From an uncultured Acidobacteriota bacterium (lineage in GTDB: Bacteria; Acidobacteriota; Terriglobia; Acidiferrales; UBA7541): a stretch of DNA of 64,000 bases. The DNA lies in assembly GCA_963824405.1 (NCBI GenBank), contig CAWGPK010000007.1, positions 92,176 through 156,175 of the forward strand, given 5' to 3'. The stretch's first letter is position 1. Every line of letters begins with the position of its first letter. Shown here piece after piece: positions 27,513 to 38,382 of the stretch. The position numbers were made by a program, and so were the translations under genes. The notes under the pieces were generated by a model. The model did no database searches. It worked only from the letters and a program-made list of their open reading frames with translations, and had not been told where the DNA came from.

Positions 27513-28487
27513 TCAGATGCCGGGTAGTGAGATGCCGTCCGCCGCTTCCTCGTTGATTGCCACTTCCAGCCGGGTTTCCAGAATTTTCTCCGCCGGAGAG
27601 AAATTCTCCAGCTGCAAATAGCCTGCGTCGCCGGGGCCTAGCGCCCTCCGCGGCACCAGTCCCACGATCTCGCTGCCGTGAATCGAGGAGCCGCTGCGTT
27701 CGGCTTCCAGCCGGACGGCGTCGAAAACGCGGCGGAGGGGCGTCTCCTCGAAATCGGTCAAATTCATGGACACTTGCGCCAACCCGCGATTCTTCAGTTC
27801 CACGCCGATGGCTTTCACGTGCGGCAGGCCGCCGTTCGAGGCGCGAATCTCCCGGGCGATCTTTTTCGCTACGGAGACGTCGTGCGTATTCAAGTTCATA
27901 TTGTAGGCGATCAAAAATTTGCGCGCGGCAATAGCCACGGCGCCGGCCGAGGGATGCAGCCCGGGTCCGCCGATATCGGGAGTGCGCTCCTCGTTTCGCG
28001 GCGCCTCCTCGCGCAAGTACTCGAATTCGCCGCGCCGGACACTCTCCAGCCGTTTGCGCTCGGGCCGCAGCGCCGCCTCTTCGTAAAAATAAGCGGGAAT
28101 CCGATGCCGAGCCCAAATCTGCCGGCCCGCCTGCCGCGCCAGCTCGATACACTCTTCCATCGTCACGCCTTCAATAGGAACAAAAGGCAGCACATCGACG
28201 GCCCCGATCCGAGGATGCTCTCCGGCGTGGCGGCGGAGGTCGATCGATTCCGCGGCTTGGGCCACGCCGCGCAGTGCCGCTTCCAACACAGGCCGCGGTT
28301 CCCCGGCCAATGTGACCACCGAGCGATTGTGATCGGCGTCGGTGTGCACGTCGAGCACCCAGGCTCCCCGAACGCCGCGCATCGCCCGTACCAAAGCCTC
28401 AATTCGCTCGCGGTCGCGACCCTCGGAGAAATTCGGAACGCATTCGATCAAGCCTGCCAAGGATCGTCTCCGCTTGGGCGCCCGCAT
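27513..28487 (-). CDS. Glutamate formimidoyltransferase
   Basis: LIECVPNFSEGRDRERIEAL... hallmark N-terminus. Exact start uncertain. Confidence 0.85.
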   Translation of the reverse strand: MRAPKRRRSLAGLIECVPNFSEGRDRERIEALVRAMRGVRGAWVLDVHTDADHNRSVVTLAGEPRPVLEAALRGVAQAAESIDLRRHAGEHPRIGAVDVLPFVPIEGVTMEECIELARQAGRQIWARHRIPAYFYEEAALRPERKRLESVRRGEFEYLREEAPRNEERTPDIGGPGLHPSAGAVAIAARKFLIAYNMNLNTHDVSVAKKIAREIRASNGGLPHVKAIGVELKNRGLAQVSMNLTDFEETPLRRVFDAVRLEAERSGSSIHGSEIVGLVPRRALGPGDAGYLQLENFSPAEKILETRLEVAINEEAADGISLPGI

Positions 28488-28618
28488 TCAATGCCCCATT
28501 GGACACTTGGTCGAAACCCGACTGGCGCTTCCGATGCGGCGAAAAGGCGCGGCGGCTCTACCGTGCCATGGTAAGCAATTCGGCGGCGCTTCGCTACGCG
28601 ATCGAAAGGCGGCGTGAC

Positions 28619-30223
28619 TCAAGAGGCAAAAAGCGCTGCGGCCGCGAGGGGGGCGCTTGCGAACGCGCGAGCCATGCGTCCAGCCGATTCCGGCGTGCCC
28701 TCGGCGATGGCGGCAAAATGCAAGCGAGTGTGCGCGTTGCCCCATCCGGACGCGGCCTGCACGCCCACCCACGACGCGCCCGAGGAGGCCTGCACAAGGG
28801 CAGCCGAAAGAGGCCAATCGGCGAGCGCGTTGCCGTCGGCGACCGAACTGGCATTCGACCTTGGCGGCGCAAGCACAGTCGCAATTGCCTTGGAGTTGGC
28901 CCCGGCGTAAATCGAGCGGCCGACTGCCACCGGAGCTTTGATCGCGCCATTCCTGACGGCATCATTGATCGCCTCGCCGAGCTTGGCGCCCTCGGTTGCC
29001 GTCATCCATAGGCTGCGCGCAGGCAAGCCCGGCGTGGGATGCTTGCGGGCCACGACAATCCAATCGCTTAGCTCGCTCTGAGGAAAGAGATCCAGGCACG
29101 CCGCATCCACCGCTGCGAGATCGGCCGGATCGCCGGAGAGGGCCATCACCGTCAGGAGCCCGCGTCCCTGCGCCACGTCGCCAAGCAGATACTCTGAAAT
29201 GAAATCCGGAATCTCGCCCGCTTCGGCCACGCCTCGAGCGAGTGCCAGCGCGCGAATGCCATTGCCAAATTCAAACACGATCGCGCCCAGCTTTTTCAGC
29301 TCCAGCATGGCGCGCGCATGCGCGGCGATCGAATCCAGCGCCCGTTCGCGGTAAGAGTTCGGGTCGCTTTGCTGAAGTTCGAGGGCGTCCGCAACGGCCA
29401 GCCCGCGGGGAATATAGCCGCCGGAAAGATCGTCGGCGGGTGTTTGGTCGGTCAGCAGGTCGGGTAGCACGCCGCGCTGCGCCAGTTCGGGAAGGACCTC
29501 AGCGGCGTTGCCGATCAGGCCCACCGAAGCGGGTTCGCGTCTGCGCACGGCGTTCTTCAGGATGCGCAGCGCTTCATCGAGATTGTTGACCATGACCTCG
29601 CAGAAGCCGCCTTTCTGCCGGCGCTTGATCCGAGCGCTGTCGGCGTCAATGCCCAGAAATGCACCGCGATTCAGCGTGACGGCAGTAGCCTGGGCGCCGC
29701 CCATGCCGCCCATTCCGGCGGAAACCACCAGGCGTCCGGCAAGGCTTCCGCCGAAGTGCTTGCGCGCCGAGGAGCGAAAAACCTGGAAAGCTTCCGGAAG
29801 CGCGCTCGCCGGGCCCGTGAACATCCAGTCGGCGGCATAACGGGTCGCGTAACCCTGCTCGTCCAAACGCATTTCGGGGGCAAGGGCGCCGCGCGATTCA
29901 CCTGCCAACTCCGCGTTCGCGACCACAACGCGCGGAGCGTCTTCGCGCGTTTCGAGAACGGCAGCCGGCTCGCCGCGGCGTATCAGCAGCGTCTGGTTCT
30001 CCTCGAGCTTTTGCAAAGCTTCCAGGATGGAGTGAAAAGCCTGCCCGTCGCGAGCCAACCTGCCGATGCCGATGAAGCGCTCCGGATCCTCCGCGACGGC
30101 TTTATCTGCGCTGTTCATGAGCAGCCGCAGCCCAGCTTCCTGAGCCCAGCCTTGGCAGGAGCGGGCCGCGCCGCGAGGCGCTCGGATGGGGGAGATTGCG
30201 CGTTCTGTGCGAGATTCCGCCAC
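28619..30223 (-). CDS. hutU: Urocanate hydratase
   Basis: ...RAPRGAARSCQGW..EAGLRLLMNS...APRVVVANAEL...GMGGMGGAQ... Confidence 0.85.
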   Translation of the reverse strand: MAESRTERAISPIRAPRGAARSCQGWAQEAGLRLLMNSADKAVAEDPERFIGIGRLARDGQAFHSILEALQKLEENQTLLIRRGEPAAVLETREDAPRVVVANAELAGESRGALAPEMRLDEQGYATRYAADWMFTGPASALPEAFQVFRSSARKHFGGSLAGRLVVSAGMGGMGGAQATAVTLNRGAFLGIDADSARIKRRQKGGFCEVMVNNLDEALRILKNAVRRREPASVGLIGNAAEVLPELAQRGVLPDLLTDQTPADDLSGGYIPRGLAVADALELQQSDPNSYRERALDSIAAHARAMLELKKLGAIVFEFGNGIRALALARGVAEAGEIPDFISEYLLGDVAQGRGLLTVMALSGDPADLAAVDAACLDLFPQSELSDWIVVARKHPTPGLPARSLWMTATEGAKLGEAINDAVRNGAIKAPVAVGRSIYAGANSKAIATVLAPPRSNASSVADGNALADWPLSAALVQASSGASWVGVQAASGWGNAHTRLHFAAIAEGTPESAGRMARAFASAPLAAAALFAS

Positions 30224-30472
30224 GCGTATTCGATCCGGTATGAACCGATATTACCGCAGCGGCGGCAGCAGCTGTCTCGAAAGCTGAAAACCGGAGCCTA
30301 TGCACTTGGACGGACGCCGAACTGGCTGCTCCAAATTGAACCTGGCTGTGGTAAAAAAGGGATGCCGGTTTACCCGGTGAGGGCGGCCTCGTTGCTCCAG
30401 GTCTGCGAAAGAGCCGCATCGGGGCTCTATTCGCTGCGCATGACGGCGAGGCTGCCCTTGGCTATCGGAAGC

Positions 30473-30682
30473 CTAGGCGTTTGCGGGTCTCGCTGCCACG
30501 GCGCACCGTGGACAATCGCCGTTAAACTGCTCGATCGTATAGTTCTCGCCCGGACGCACCAGTTCCTGGGCGCGGCCTTCCGCGTCATCTCTATTTGGGA
30601 AAGCTTCCCAGTCTAGGTTCGATCCCGAAAAGTGCGACCAGCGGATGTGATAATGCTCGTGGTTCACGGCAACCTCCTCCAC
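30473..30682 (-). CDS. Small hypothetical protein
   Basis: 69 aa, MEEVAVNHEHYHIRWSHFSGSNLDWEAFPNRDDAEGRAQELVRPGENYTIEQFNGDCPRC. No family recognised. Confidence 0.35.
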   Translation of the reverse strand: MEEVAVNHEHYHIRWSHFSGSNLDWEAFPNRDDAEGRAQELVRPGENYTIEQFNGDCPRCAVAARPANA

Positions 30683-30788
30683 GTCCTCCCACGTGATTTG
30701 AGAAAGCCCGCGTTACTGCGGGGAATAGCGGTACAAAATATTTTAGATAGCGTCGCGCGGATATCAAGTTGCCCGGCCGCGGGAGACA

Positions 30789-30833
30789 GGCCAAAGAATA
30801 GGCCAAGGATAGGCCAAAGATAGGCCGAAGATG
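30789..30833. repeat. Four tandem copies of an 11-12 bp unit GGCCAARGATA
   Basis: GGCCAAAGAATA / GGCCAAGGATA / GGCCAAAGATA / GGCCGAAGATG, read directly in intergenic DNA. Confidence 0.9.
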
Positions 30834-30855
30834 CCTGGGGTGGGTGCTTTGGGGG

Positions 30856-31536
30856 TCAAGCCGCGTTCAGTGTCACCTGCGGGTTCGTTTCCGCGAATTT
30901 TTTGATGGTCAGCAGCATCTTCCGCTCCATCACGAAGTGCGCGGGCTCCCAAAAGATAAAGTTGAGGATGCGTCCCCCAATGCCGACATTAGCCGGCGAG
31001 CGCAGGCGCGCGGTCAGCCGCGTCGTATTGACGCCCTTGCGCTGCAAAACGAAAGCCCAGGTGGTGTCCAAGCCTTCCTTGCCCGAGCGGATCAATTCCC
31101 AATCGCCCGGCGTGGCCAGAACCAGGGAGCGCATCGGCTCCACCAGCGCCGCGACCATCCGGGCGCGGCCCCCGAAGCGCTTGGGCGAACCGAACCACAC
31201 CGTATCGCCGATGGCTCGCTGCTGCCATTCCGGCACAATGCGGGTGGCGTTACTCATCTGGCAGCCCACCAGATTTTCGAGAAATGTGTAGCTGTAAAAC
31301 CCACCGCGGTCTTGCCCGATCTGCACCAGCCAGCGCCACACAGCCTCCGCGGGCGCATCGATATTCACGGCGTGCGTGACCACGGCGGAGGCGTAAGGCG
31401 AAAGCGCGTCGCCCGGCAAAGCGGCGATGCGGTCGAGGTGCGTGGCGCCCCAGTGCAAAGCCCAGGGGCGGGCGATATAGAGGTAAATAAAGAGCAGCGC
31501 TGCTACCACGGTGACGATCACCGCTGCGGCGTACAT
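30856..31536 (-). CDS. Membrane-anchored SRPBCC-like protein
   Basis: N-terminal TM segment, then ...IDAPAEAVWRWLVQIGQDRGGFYSYTFLENL..., typical of SRPBCC family proteins. Confidence 0.6.
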   Translation of the reverse strand: MYAAAVIVTVVAALLFIYLYIARPWALHWGATHLDRIAALPGDALSPYASAVVTHAVNIDAPAEAVWRWLVQIGQDRGGFYSYTFLENLVGCQMSNATRIVPEWQQRAIGDTVWFGSPKRFGGRARMVAALVEPMRSLVLATPGDWELIRSGKEGLDTTWAFVLQRKGVNTTRLTARLRSPANVGIGGRILNFIFWEPAHFVMERKMLLTIKKFAETNPQVTLNAA

Positions 31537-31665
31537 TCCGCCCTCCGGAGTCCCTACCCGGCATTGTATCGCGGGTGTGGTCTTTCTAATCCGCGAAATA
31601 CGGCCGGCTCCGGAACGCGACAGGGGCGACAGGGGCGAAAAATGGGGCCGCTTACTTCATTGGTC

Positions 31666-32532
31666 TTACTTTGCGGCTCCCTCGCCAGGCGCCCAGCCAG
31701 ACGGCGAGGCCAGTTTATCGCGGTACTCGATGCCCTCCGACGGTATGCAGAGTGTCTCTTCGAACTCCTGATCCTTCATCCAGTAATAGTTCGTCTGCAT
31801 GAGCTGGAAGGGCTTGGTGTAGAACTTCGGATCGTCCACCGTTACGGTGGCCTGCAAGTTGTACTGATCGAGGCGCGTCCAGCGCTCCTGGATCTTCACG
31901 TCTTTGGTATGCGGATGGCCCCGTTCGTCGAGCCAGCTTCGGGGATCCAGGCCGAACGTATCGATCACGAATGTCGTGTCCCCATCCCAGTGGCCCACGG
32001 AATATCCGTAGAACCTGGAATCGGGCGCGCCCGCCGCGTCCACCTTGGCGGGAAGTTGCCGCCCGTCCGTCCATATCTCTCGCCATATGCGCTGTTGCTC
32101 GAAGAGCATGAGCATGCGGTTGGCCAGCGGCTGGAATACGATTGCTCCCCTCATGCTGATCGCGTGGTTCAGAAGGTCTCTCGGAACTCCTAACGGATCG
32201 CAGATCATGAAGGGGTCGTTCGATGCATTCACGCCGCCCTCGGGCACTCCTTGCTGTCGCTGCCCGGCTTCGGGAACCGGGTGATTGTGGCTCATCACCG
32301 CCTTCCCCGCATCGGTCATTTCAGGGTAAGGGCCCATTACGACTTTGATCGGCCCCACCCAGGCGCCCGTCAGATCGTGCTTGGGAGCGGGGCCGGGAGG
32401 GTTCGGCATCTCGGGGATGCCAGCTGCCACAAAACCCGGCGGCGGCTTTCGAGGTCCCTGAGCCATCACAGCCGGTGAAAGGGTCAGCAGGACCGACAAG
32501 GCAACCATTATATTGACGAGCGGATTGCGCAT
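31666..32532 (-). CDS. Secreted hypothetical protein
   Basis: Signal peptide MRNPLVNIMVALSVLLTLSPAVMAQ; 288 aa. Confidence 0.6.
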   Translation of the reverse strand: MRNPLVNIMVALSVLLTLSPAVMAQGPRKPPPGFVAAGIPEMPNPPGPAPKHDLTGAWVGPIKVVMGPYPEMTDAGKAVMSHNHPVPEAGQRQQGVPEGGVNASNDPFMICDPLGVPRDLLNHAISMRGAIVFQPLANRMLMLFEQQRIWREIWTDGRQLPAKVDAAGAPDSRFYGYSVGHWDGDTTFVIDTFGLDPRSWLDERGHPHTKDVKIQERWTRLDQYNLQATVTVDDPKFYTKPFQLMQTNYYWMKDQEFEETLCIPSEGIEYRDKLASPSGWAPGEGAAK

Positions 32533-32666
32533 TTAAACTGCCCTCCTTGTCTCACGGCTGTCTGCCAGCAAGTGGGCCGCGCGCGGAAGCTGCCGCGCGC
32601 GCCCTTTGCTGTTTTTGCAATGCTTGGTTTTCAGGGGCCCCGCGTGAGACTTCAGCGGGGATTGCG

Positions 32667-33131
32667 TTACTTCGACTGGTTGCCGCTGCCGCCCGGGATG
32701 CCGCCGCCGGCGTCAGGGCCGTAACCACTCTTGTTCCCGCTATCGCCGCCGAGCTGAGTATCGTGCAAAACAGTGCCGTCGGCGAGCACGACCTTATTCA
32801 AACGCCCCGCTGGCAGGCCCGTTTTGGCGGCGTACATATCCACCGTGATCACGTCTCCCGGCTGCAGCGAGCTCTTGTTCCAGCCAATCAGCTTCAGCGC
32901 TTCGGGGCTGGCCGTTTCCGCGGTCCAATGCACCACCTTGCCGCTGGCATCCTTCACGTCGAATTCGATCAGACTGTGAGGATTGGCCCACGCGAACTTT
33001 GTCACTGTCGCCTGCTTGAATTCAGACACCTTGTTTTCATATGCGGCGTTTCCGTGATGCGCCAACACCGGCCCGCTAACACCGAGCAGAGCACTCCCCA
33101 GGACGCACGCCATGACCAGCTTGCTTTTCAT
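32667..33131 (-). CDS. DUF6152-like secreted protein
   Basis: Signal peptide ending ...VLAHHGNAAYE. OB-like body with a Gly-rich tail. Confidence 0.6.
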   Translation of the reverse strand: MKSKLVMACVLGSALLGVSGPVLAHHGNAAYENKVSEFKQATVTKFAWANPHSLIEFDVKDASGKVVHWTAETASPEALKLIGWNKSSLQPGDVITVDMYAAKTGLPAGRLNKVVLADGTVLHDTQLGGDSGNKSGYGPDAGGGIPGGSGNQSK

Positions 33132-33393
33132 TCAGCACCTCGTAAAGAATCTGGCAATCCGAGCTAAACCAAGACGAAAAATTATAAGCCGGGATCTCCC
33201 TTGTTGCTTCCGAATGGAATAATCATACAACATCATGCCTTTCGCAAGGAGGGAAAAAAGACCCGGCCTTCGCCGCGGGCGCGGTCGCCTCGCTCATCGC
33301 GCGTGATCCAGCAGGGAGCGCCGCGAACCGTCTTGAAGCCCCCGTTTTCGATCCAATATCGAAGCGTCCAAACCGGCGCGAACGGAATCCTAC

Positions 33394-33417
33394 TAGACGT
33401 CTCGGCATAGACGTCTC
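33394..33417. promoter_or_regulatory. Two copies of TAGACGTCTC (each containing the palindrome AGACGTCT) spaced 14 bp
   Basis: Read directly at 33394-33403 and 33408-33417, in the divergent intergenic region. Confidence 0.5.
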
Positions 33418-33621
33418 AGACTGGCCTTGCTTGCCGCACGGGCTGACGCACAACGCACGTCTTCTTGGCGCATGTTTGGTCGATACAACTTGGGACACAT
33501 GAGTACTTGCTGCCACTTCACAAACCGTTAACGAGGATTCTAGGCTTTACAAGTAAGCTAACAGTCCGTCCCGGCCTCACCATCCCGCACCGGACTGGGA
33601 TCACCTTAGTGGGATCACACG

Positions 33622-35538
33622 ATGCGACATGACGAAATCCTCGGCCTGATCCCGCGTCTGAACTATGGCTTGGACGACCGGCCCGATTTGCAGCTGCTCC
33701 TTCTGGAGTTGCTGTTCTGGGCGGTCATCATCGTCGTCACGATTGCATTGGTGCGCTTCCGGCCTGTGCTCGTGGAAAAAGCCGAGAATCGCATTCGCGC
33801 CATCAGCCAGCACACGCGATTCTGGCTGGCGGCCTTCCCGCTCCTGGTAATCGTCTTTCGTCTGGCCATGCTGCCCTGGATACCCGTGCCTGTTCCCGAT
33901 GTGCACGACGAGTTCAGCTACCTTCTGGCCGCGGACACATTTGCCCATGGCCGCCTGACCAATCCCCCCAGCCCTCTGTGGGTGCATTTCGAGTCGTTTC
34001 ATATCAACGTGCTGCCCACCTACCAATCCATGTATCCTCCCGCGCAAGGGCTGGCGCTCGCTCTGGGCCAAAGGTTGACCGGCCTTCCCTGGGCAGGTGT
34101 TTTGCTCAGCGTCGCTCTGCTGTGCGCCGCGATCTACTGGATGCTGCTGGGCTGGCTTCCCGCGCCTTGGGCTTGGCTGGGCGGGGCCTTTGCCTGCGTG
34201 AGGTTCGGGACCTTCTCCTATTGGGTGAACTCCTATTGGGGAGGGGCGGTGGCGGCGCTCGGTGGAGCGCTGGTTCTCGGCGCCTTTCCGCGCCTGCGCC
34301 GCGGGCTAAAGATACCGGTCGCGCTGATCTTCGCGGCGGGCCTCTTGATTCTTGCCAATAGCCGCCCGCTCGAAGGATTTTTGTTCAGCCTGCCTTTGCT
34401 TATCTCCGTGGCTTTCCTGCTGGTAAGAAGTCTAAAAGTCAATTGGAGCGTAACCGCGAAAGCTGTCTTGCCGGCGATCGCGCTGCTGGTTCTCGGCGTG
34501 GGATGGATGCTCTATTACAACTGGCGGGGAACCGGCCATGCTTTGGTCATTCCGTATCAGGTGAATTTCGAGACCTACCACATCACCAAGCCTTTCTTCT
34601 TTCAGAAGCCCAACCCTATTCCGTACTACCGCCATCTGGAGATGCGCGCCTTTTATGTCCAGCACGAGCTGCCGGGCGCGCTGCTCTGGAAGTATGAGGC
34701 CGACTACTTCACGCGAGTCAAGGCCAGCATCTACTACGGATTTTTCCTGTGGCCGTTTCTGCTTCTGCTGGCGCCCTGCATTCTGGCCCTCGCGCGCGGC
34801 GAACTTCGCATCGTGCTGCTCTCGACGGTCCTGGTTGTCGCCGATCTGATGGCGCAAATTTGGCCTCCGCATTCGCACTACGCCGCCCCGATTGCCGGCG
34901 CCATGGTTCTCATGCTGCTGTACAGCCTGCGATACATGAGGAGCCACCGCGAGGGCTGGCTGTCCGCGTACGCGCTGTGGGGCTCGCGCGCCGTGGTGAT
35001 GGTCTTCGCCTTGTGGATGATCAGCCCGATTGCCGCCAAGCTGTGGAATCCTTTTCTGCTCCTGGAGTCAACTCCACCGCCTGGCGCAGTGACCACCAAG
35101 CTCTATCCCATACCCATGCAAATGCAACGCGAACGGATTCTGTCGGATTTACGGGCCCGCGGAGGAAAGCACCTGGTTATCGTTGGCTATCCGGCTCGCG
35201 ACGTGCCCTCACAAGAGTGGGTCTACAATGAAGCGGATATCGATCACTCCAAGATCGTTTGGGCCCGCGACATGGGATATCTTCAGAATCAAGACCTGCT
35301 GGAGCATTATCCCGACCGGCAGGTTTGGTACGTGGATCGAGGCGACGTGGGTGCACGCCTGGTTCCTTACGATCGTGTGAGCGCTCCCTTCAAGCTGGCT
35401 TTCGATCGCGCCGTCTTTGAATCCGATTCCCAGGCCAATCCGAACCCCAATCCGAACCAAAGTCGGCAGCCCACTTCCGAAGCGGCCCAGGCGCCGCCGC
35501 GCCCGTCTGCCGCCGCGCTCTCCGTGGGGATCCGATGA
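33622..35538 (+). CDS. Polytopic membrane protein, GT-C-like glycosyltransferase candidate
   Basis: 638 aa with many TM helices. First loop carries [23 protein letters not shown], reminiscent of the D-E-x-x-Y loop motif of PMT/ArnT-type GT-C enzymes. Confidence 0.6.
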   Translation: MRHDEILGLIPRLNYGLDDRPDLQLLLLELLFWAVIIVVTIALVRFRPVLVEKAENRIRAISQHTRFWLAAFPLLVIVFRLAMLPWIPVPVPDVHDEFSYLLAADTFAHGRLTNPPSPLWVHFESFHINVLPTYQSMYPPAQGLALALGQRLTGLPWAGVLLSVALLCAAIYWMLLGWLPAPWAWLGGAFACVRFGTFSYWVNSYWGGAVAALGGALVLGAFPRLRRGLKIPVALIFAAGLLILANSRPLEGFLFSLPLLISVAFLLVRSLKVNWSVTAKAVLPAIALLVLGVGWMLYYNWRGTGHALVIPYQVNFETYHITKPFFFQKPNPIPYYRHLEMRAFYVQHELPGALLWKYEADYFTRVKASIYYGFFLWPFLLLLAPCILALARGELRIVLLSTVLVVADLMAQIWPPHSHYAAPIAGAMVLMLLYSLRYMRSHREGWLSAYALWGSRAVVMVFALWMISPIAAKLWNPFLLLESTPPPGAVTTKLYPIPMQMQRERILSDLRARGGKHLVIVGYPARDVPSQEWVYNEADIDHSKIVWARDMGYLQNQDLLEHYPDRQVWYVDRGDVGARLVPYDRVSAPFKLAFDRAVFESDSQANPNPNPNQSRQPTSEAAQAPPRPSAAALSVGIR

Positions 35539-37250
35539 GGAAACGCGCTCGAACTGCCGTCATTATCGGCGCCGGGCCGGCCGGGCTCACCGCCGCTTAC
35601 GAATTGCTTACTCGCTCCGACATTCGCCCCATTGTGATCGAGATGAGCGATCAGGTGGGCGGCATCTCCCGCACCGTGAACTATCGCGGCAACCGCATCG
35701 ATCTCGGCGGGCACCGCTTTTTCTCCAAGAGCGACCGGGTGATGAACTGGTGGCTGCAGCATCTGTCGCTCCAGGAATCGGATGCCGCGGCCAAGGGCGG
35801 CGCGCCGCTGCGCGTAAGTTACCAGGGCAAATCGCGCGAGGTAGAAGCGGCCCTTGGCGGAAAAGGAACGGCCGATCCGGATCGCGACGAACGCGTGATG
35901 CTGGTGCGCAACCGCAAATCGCGCATCTATTTCCTGCGCAAATTCTTCGACTATCCCATCTCGCTCAGCGCAGACACCATCCGAAAGCTGGGCTTGGCCC
36001 GCACCGGCGCCATCGGCGTGAGCTATATGCGCCGTGTGCTGTTTCCCCTGAAGGAGCAGAAGAATCTCGAGCAGTTTTTCATCAATCGCTTTGGCGACAA
36101 GCTGTACCGCACGTTTTTCAAGTCCTATACGGAAAAAGTGTGGGGCGTGCCCTGTACGGAAATCGACGCGGAGTGGGGAGCGCAGCGCATCAAGGAGCTC
36201 TCCATCTGGAAGAGCATCAAGCATTTCGTGAAAAAGTCGTTGAGCCGCAAGCCTGCCGGGATTGCCCAGCGCGAGACGGAGACGTCGCTGATCGAACGCT
36301 TCCTCTATCCCAAGTATGGCCCCGGGCAGATGTGGGAAGAGGTCGCGCGCAAGGTGCGGGAGATGGGCGGCTCGATCGTCATGGAACAATCGGTCCGGCA
36401 GATCGAAGCGCGCGAAAATCGCGTCACCGCGGTTGTCGCCGCCGACGCTCAGGGCAAGCTATCCCGCTACGACGCGGATTTTGTTTTCTCCACCATGCCC
36501 ATCCAGCACCTGGTGCGCTCTTTGCAGACGGCCGTACCCGCCAACGTGCGCGAAGTCAGCGACGGCCTGATGTACCGCGATTTCCTCACCGTGGGCTTGC
36601 TCCTCGAGGATTTGAAGATCAAGGACCAGACCAAGCAGGGCCGTAAACTGATTTCCGACAACTGGATTTACATCCAGGAACCCGACGTTCTCGCCGGCCG
36701 CCTGCAGATCTTCAACAATTGGAGCCCCTGGATGGTCAGCGATCCGAGCAAGGTTTGGGTCGGTGTGGAATACTTCTGCAATGAAGGCGACTCGCTCTGG
36801 ACCCGTGGCGACGCCGAGATGAAGCGTCTGGCCGTCGAAGAACTGGCCCGCATCGGCATGATTCAAGAGAGCGCTGTACTCGATTCCGTCGTGCTGCGCA
36901 TGCCCAAGGCCTATCCTGCTTACTTCGGCGCTTATTCGCGCTTCGACGAAATCCGCAACTTCCTCGACGCCTTTGAGAACCTTTTCCTCGTCGGCCGCAA
37001 CGGCATGCACCGCTACAATAATCAGGACCACTCCATGCTCACGGCCATGACCGCCGTCGAAAATATCCTCGCCGGTCGCACGGACAAGTCCAACATCTGG
37101 GACGTGAACACCGAGATGGATTACCACGAGGTCCGCTCCGAGCCCGCGGCTTCCACGCCTGCGGCGGCGAACCAAGCGGCAGCGGAGTCGTCGGCTGAAA
37201 TCGAGCCGGCTGAAGCCACCGCGTCGCTCACCGAATCCCGCCAGGGGTGA
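35535..37250 (+). CDS. NAD(P)/FAD-dependent oxidoreductase (amine-oxidase/UGM-like fold)
   Basis: [17 protein letters not shown] dinucleotide motif and ...[15 protein letters not shown]... near the C-terminus. ATGA overlap with the upstream gene. Confidence 0.85.
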   Translation: MRKRARTAVIIGAGPAGLTAAYELLTRSDIRPIVIEMSDQVGGISRTVNYRGNRIDLGGHRFFSKSDRVMNWWLQHLSLQESDAAAKGGAPLRVSYQGKSREVEAALGGKGTADPDRDERVMLVRNRKSRIYFLRKFFDYPISLSADTIRKLGLARTGAIGVSYMRRVLFPLKEQKNLEQFFINRFGDKLYRTFFKSYTEKVWGVPCTEIDAEWGAQRIKELSIWKSIKHFVKKSLSRKPAGIAQRETETSLIERFLYPKYGPGQMWEEVARKVREMGGSIVMEQSVRQIEARENRVTAVVAADAQGKLSRYDADFVFSTMPIQHLVRSLQTAVPANVREVSDGLMYRDFLTVGLLLEDLKIKDQTKQGRKLISDNWIYIQEPDVLAGRLQIFNNWSPWMVSDPSKVWVGVEYFCNEGDSLWTRGDAEMKRLAVEELARIGMIQESAVLDSVVLRMPKAYPAYFGAYSRFDEIRNFLDAFENLFLVGRNGMHRYNNQDHSMLTAMTAVENILAGRTDKSNIWDVNTEMDYHEVRSEPAASTPAAANQAAAESSAEIEPAEATASLTESRQG

Positions 37251-37395
37251 ATCTGGTGGCGGGAGCTGCTTCGCAACCTTTTTGGCGTCTAGATCGGCAA
37301 GTTCTCATACACGACACACCCCGTCCGCCAGCGCCCCTGTTCACTTCCGCCCTGGTTCATAATCATCCGAGCGTACTTGCGAGAGGCCACCGAAT

Positions 37396-37878
37396 ATGAA
37401 CAAACTCATGCTGCGAGCGGGACTTCCCCTGGTCGCAGTAGTTGCCGCGCTGGCTTGGTTCACCTTCGGCCCGAAAGGCAAGAAAGCGCCTTCGAGCCAT
37501 CTTCCGGCCAAGGTCGGCCGGGGTGGCCAAACTCTGCAGATCGACGCCGAAAATAGTTGTGCGGCAACGATGCGCGTCTCCTTCGAGAGTCTGAGCAAGC
37601 CCAATGGCCAGCCGCCGTCGCTTCAAAGCTCGGAGAAGATCCCGGCCGGCACAAGTTCCTGGAACGTCGACGTGCCCCCAGGCGTGGGAGGGTACATCGA
37701 GCTCGACGCCGATCGTCCCAATCCGGGCGACACGCTGACCATGCGCATCCGCATGAATGGAAGGCTCCTGGACGAACAAACGGACAAGCTCAACGCACCT
37801 CTTGAGACTCAAACCGCCTTTTCCCTGCAAGATCATTTCGACGACTATTCCGATCCAGCGCAACAAGCCGATCGCTAG
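37396..37878 (+). CDS. Membrane-anchored or secreted hypothetical protein
   Basis: MNKLMLRAGLPLVAVVAALAWFTF anchor; 160 aa. Confidence 0.5.
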   Translation: MNKLMLRAGLPLVAVVAALAWFTFGPKGKKAPSSHLPAKVGRGGQTLQIDAENSCAATMRVSFESLSKPNGQPPSLQSSEKIPAGTSSWNVDVPPGVGGYIELDADRPNPGDTLTMRIRMNGRLLDEQTDKLNAPLETQTAFSLQDHFDDYSDPAQQADR

Positions 37879-38130
37879 GCCGGCCACTGATCTGCTTCAT
37901 TATCGTATGTCCCCAAGAGCGCTCTACGCCGTCCGAACGCGACGCCTTCTTTCTCTTTGAGAATACTCGCGTCCATGTGCGGTCTGCGGGACGATCAAAG
38001 AGCGAAAGTGCCCCCGGCGTAAGGAACGGATGGACTGTCATTCATGCTTCCGTGCCAGACGTTTTGAGGTCCTTGCGGTATTCCCGTGGAGAGGCCCGCG
38101 AACTAATATCTGCGTACCCAACCTGGACAA

Positions 38131-38382
38131 GTGAAGTTGCGCACTATGGGAGATTGGGATTTTCTCTATGCAAACGCGCTCCTGGAGCCTGATACGAATC
38201 GACTAAGGGAGCGAATCACTTGCGCGGAAGCCGCAATCGAGGAACGTCTCAAGGCATTAGCGGAATCGCCCCCTGACAATCCTGAGAAGGCAGCCCTGAT
38301 GGATGCGCTCCGAGCGCTCCACGTTCTGCCCGCCCGGCGAAGTCGCGCGGCGAATCCGATATCTTACGGAACCGAGACCTAA
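38131..38382 (+). CDS. Small hypothetical protein (paralog of 25819..26142)
   Basis: ...LEPDTNRLRERITCAEAAIEERLKAL...PEKAALMDALRALHVL. Confidence 0.4.
   Translation: MKLRTMGDWDFLYANALLEPDTNRLRERITCAEAAIEERLKALAESPPDNPEKAALMDALRALHVLPARRSRAANPISYGTET

Noticed and set aside
30612-30640. tRNA-like GGTTCGATCCC T-loop motif
   Set aside because: The flanks do not form a T-stem or acceptor stem, and the motif lies inside a small ORF.
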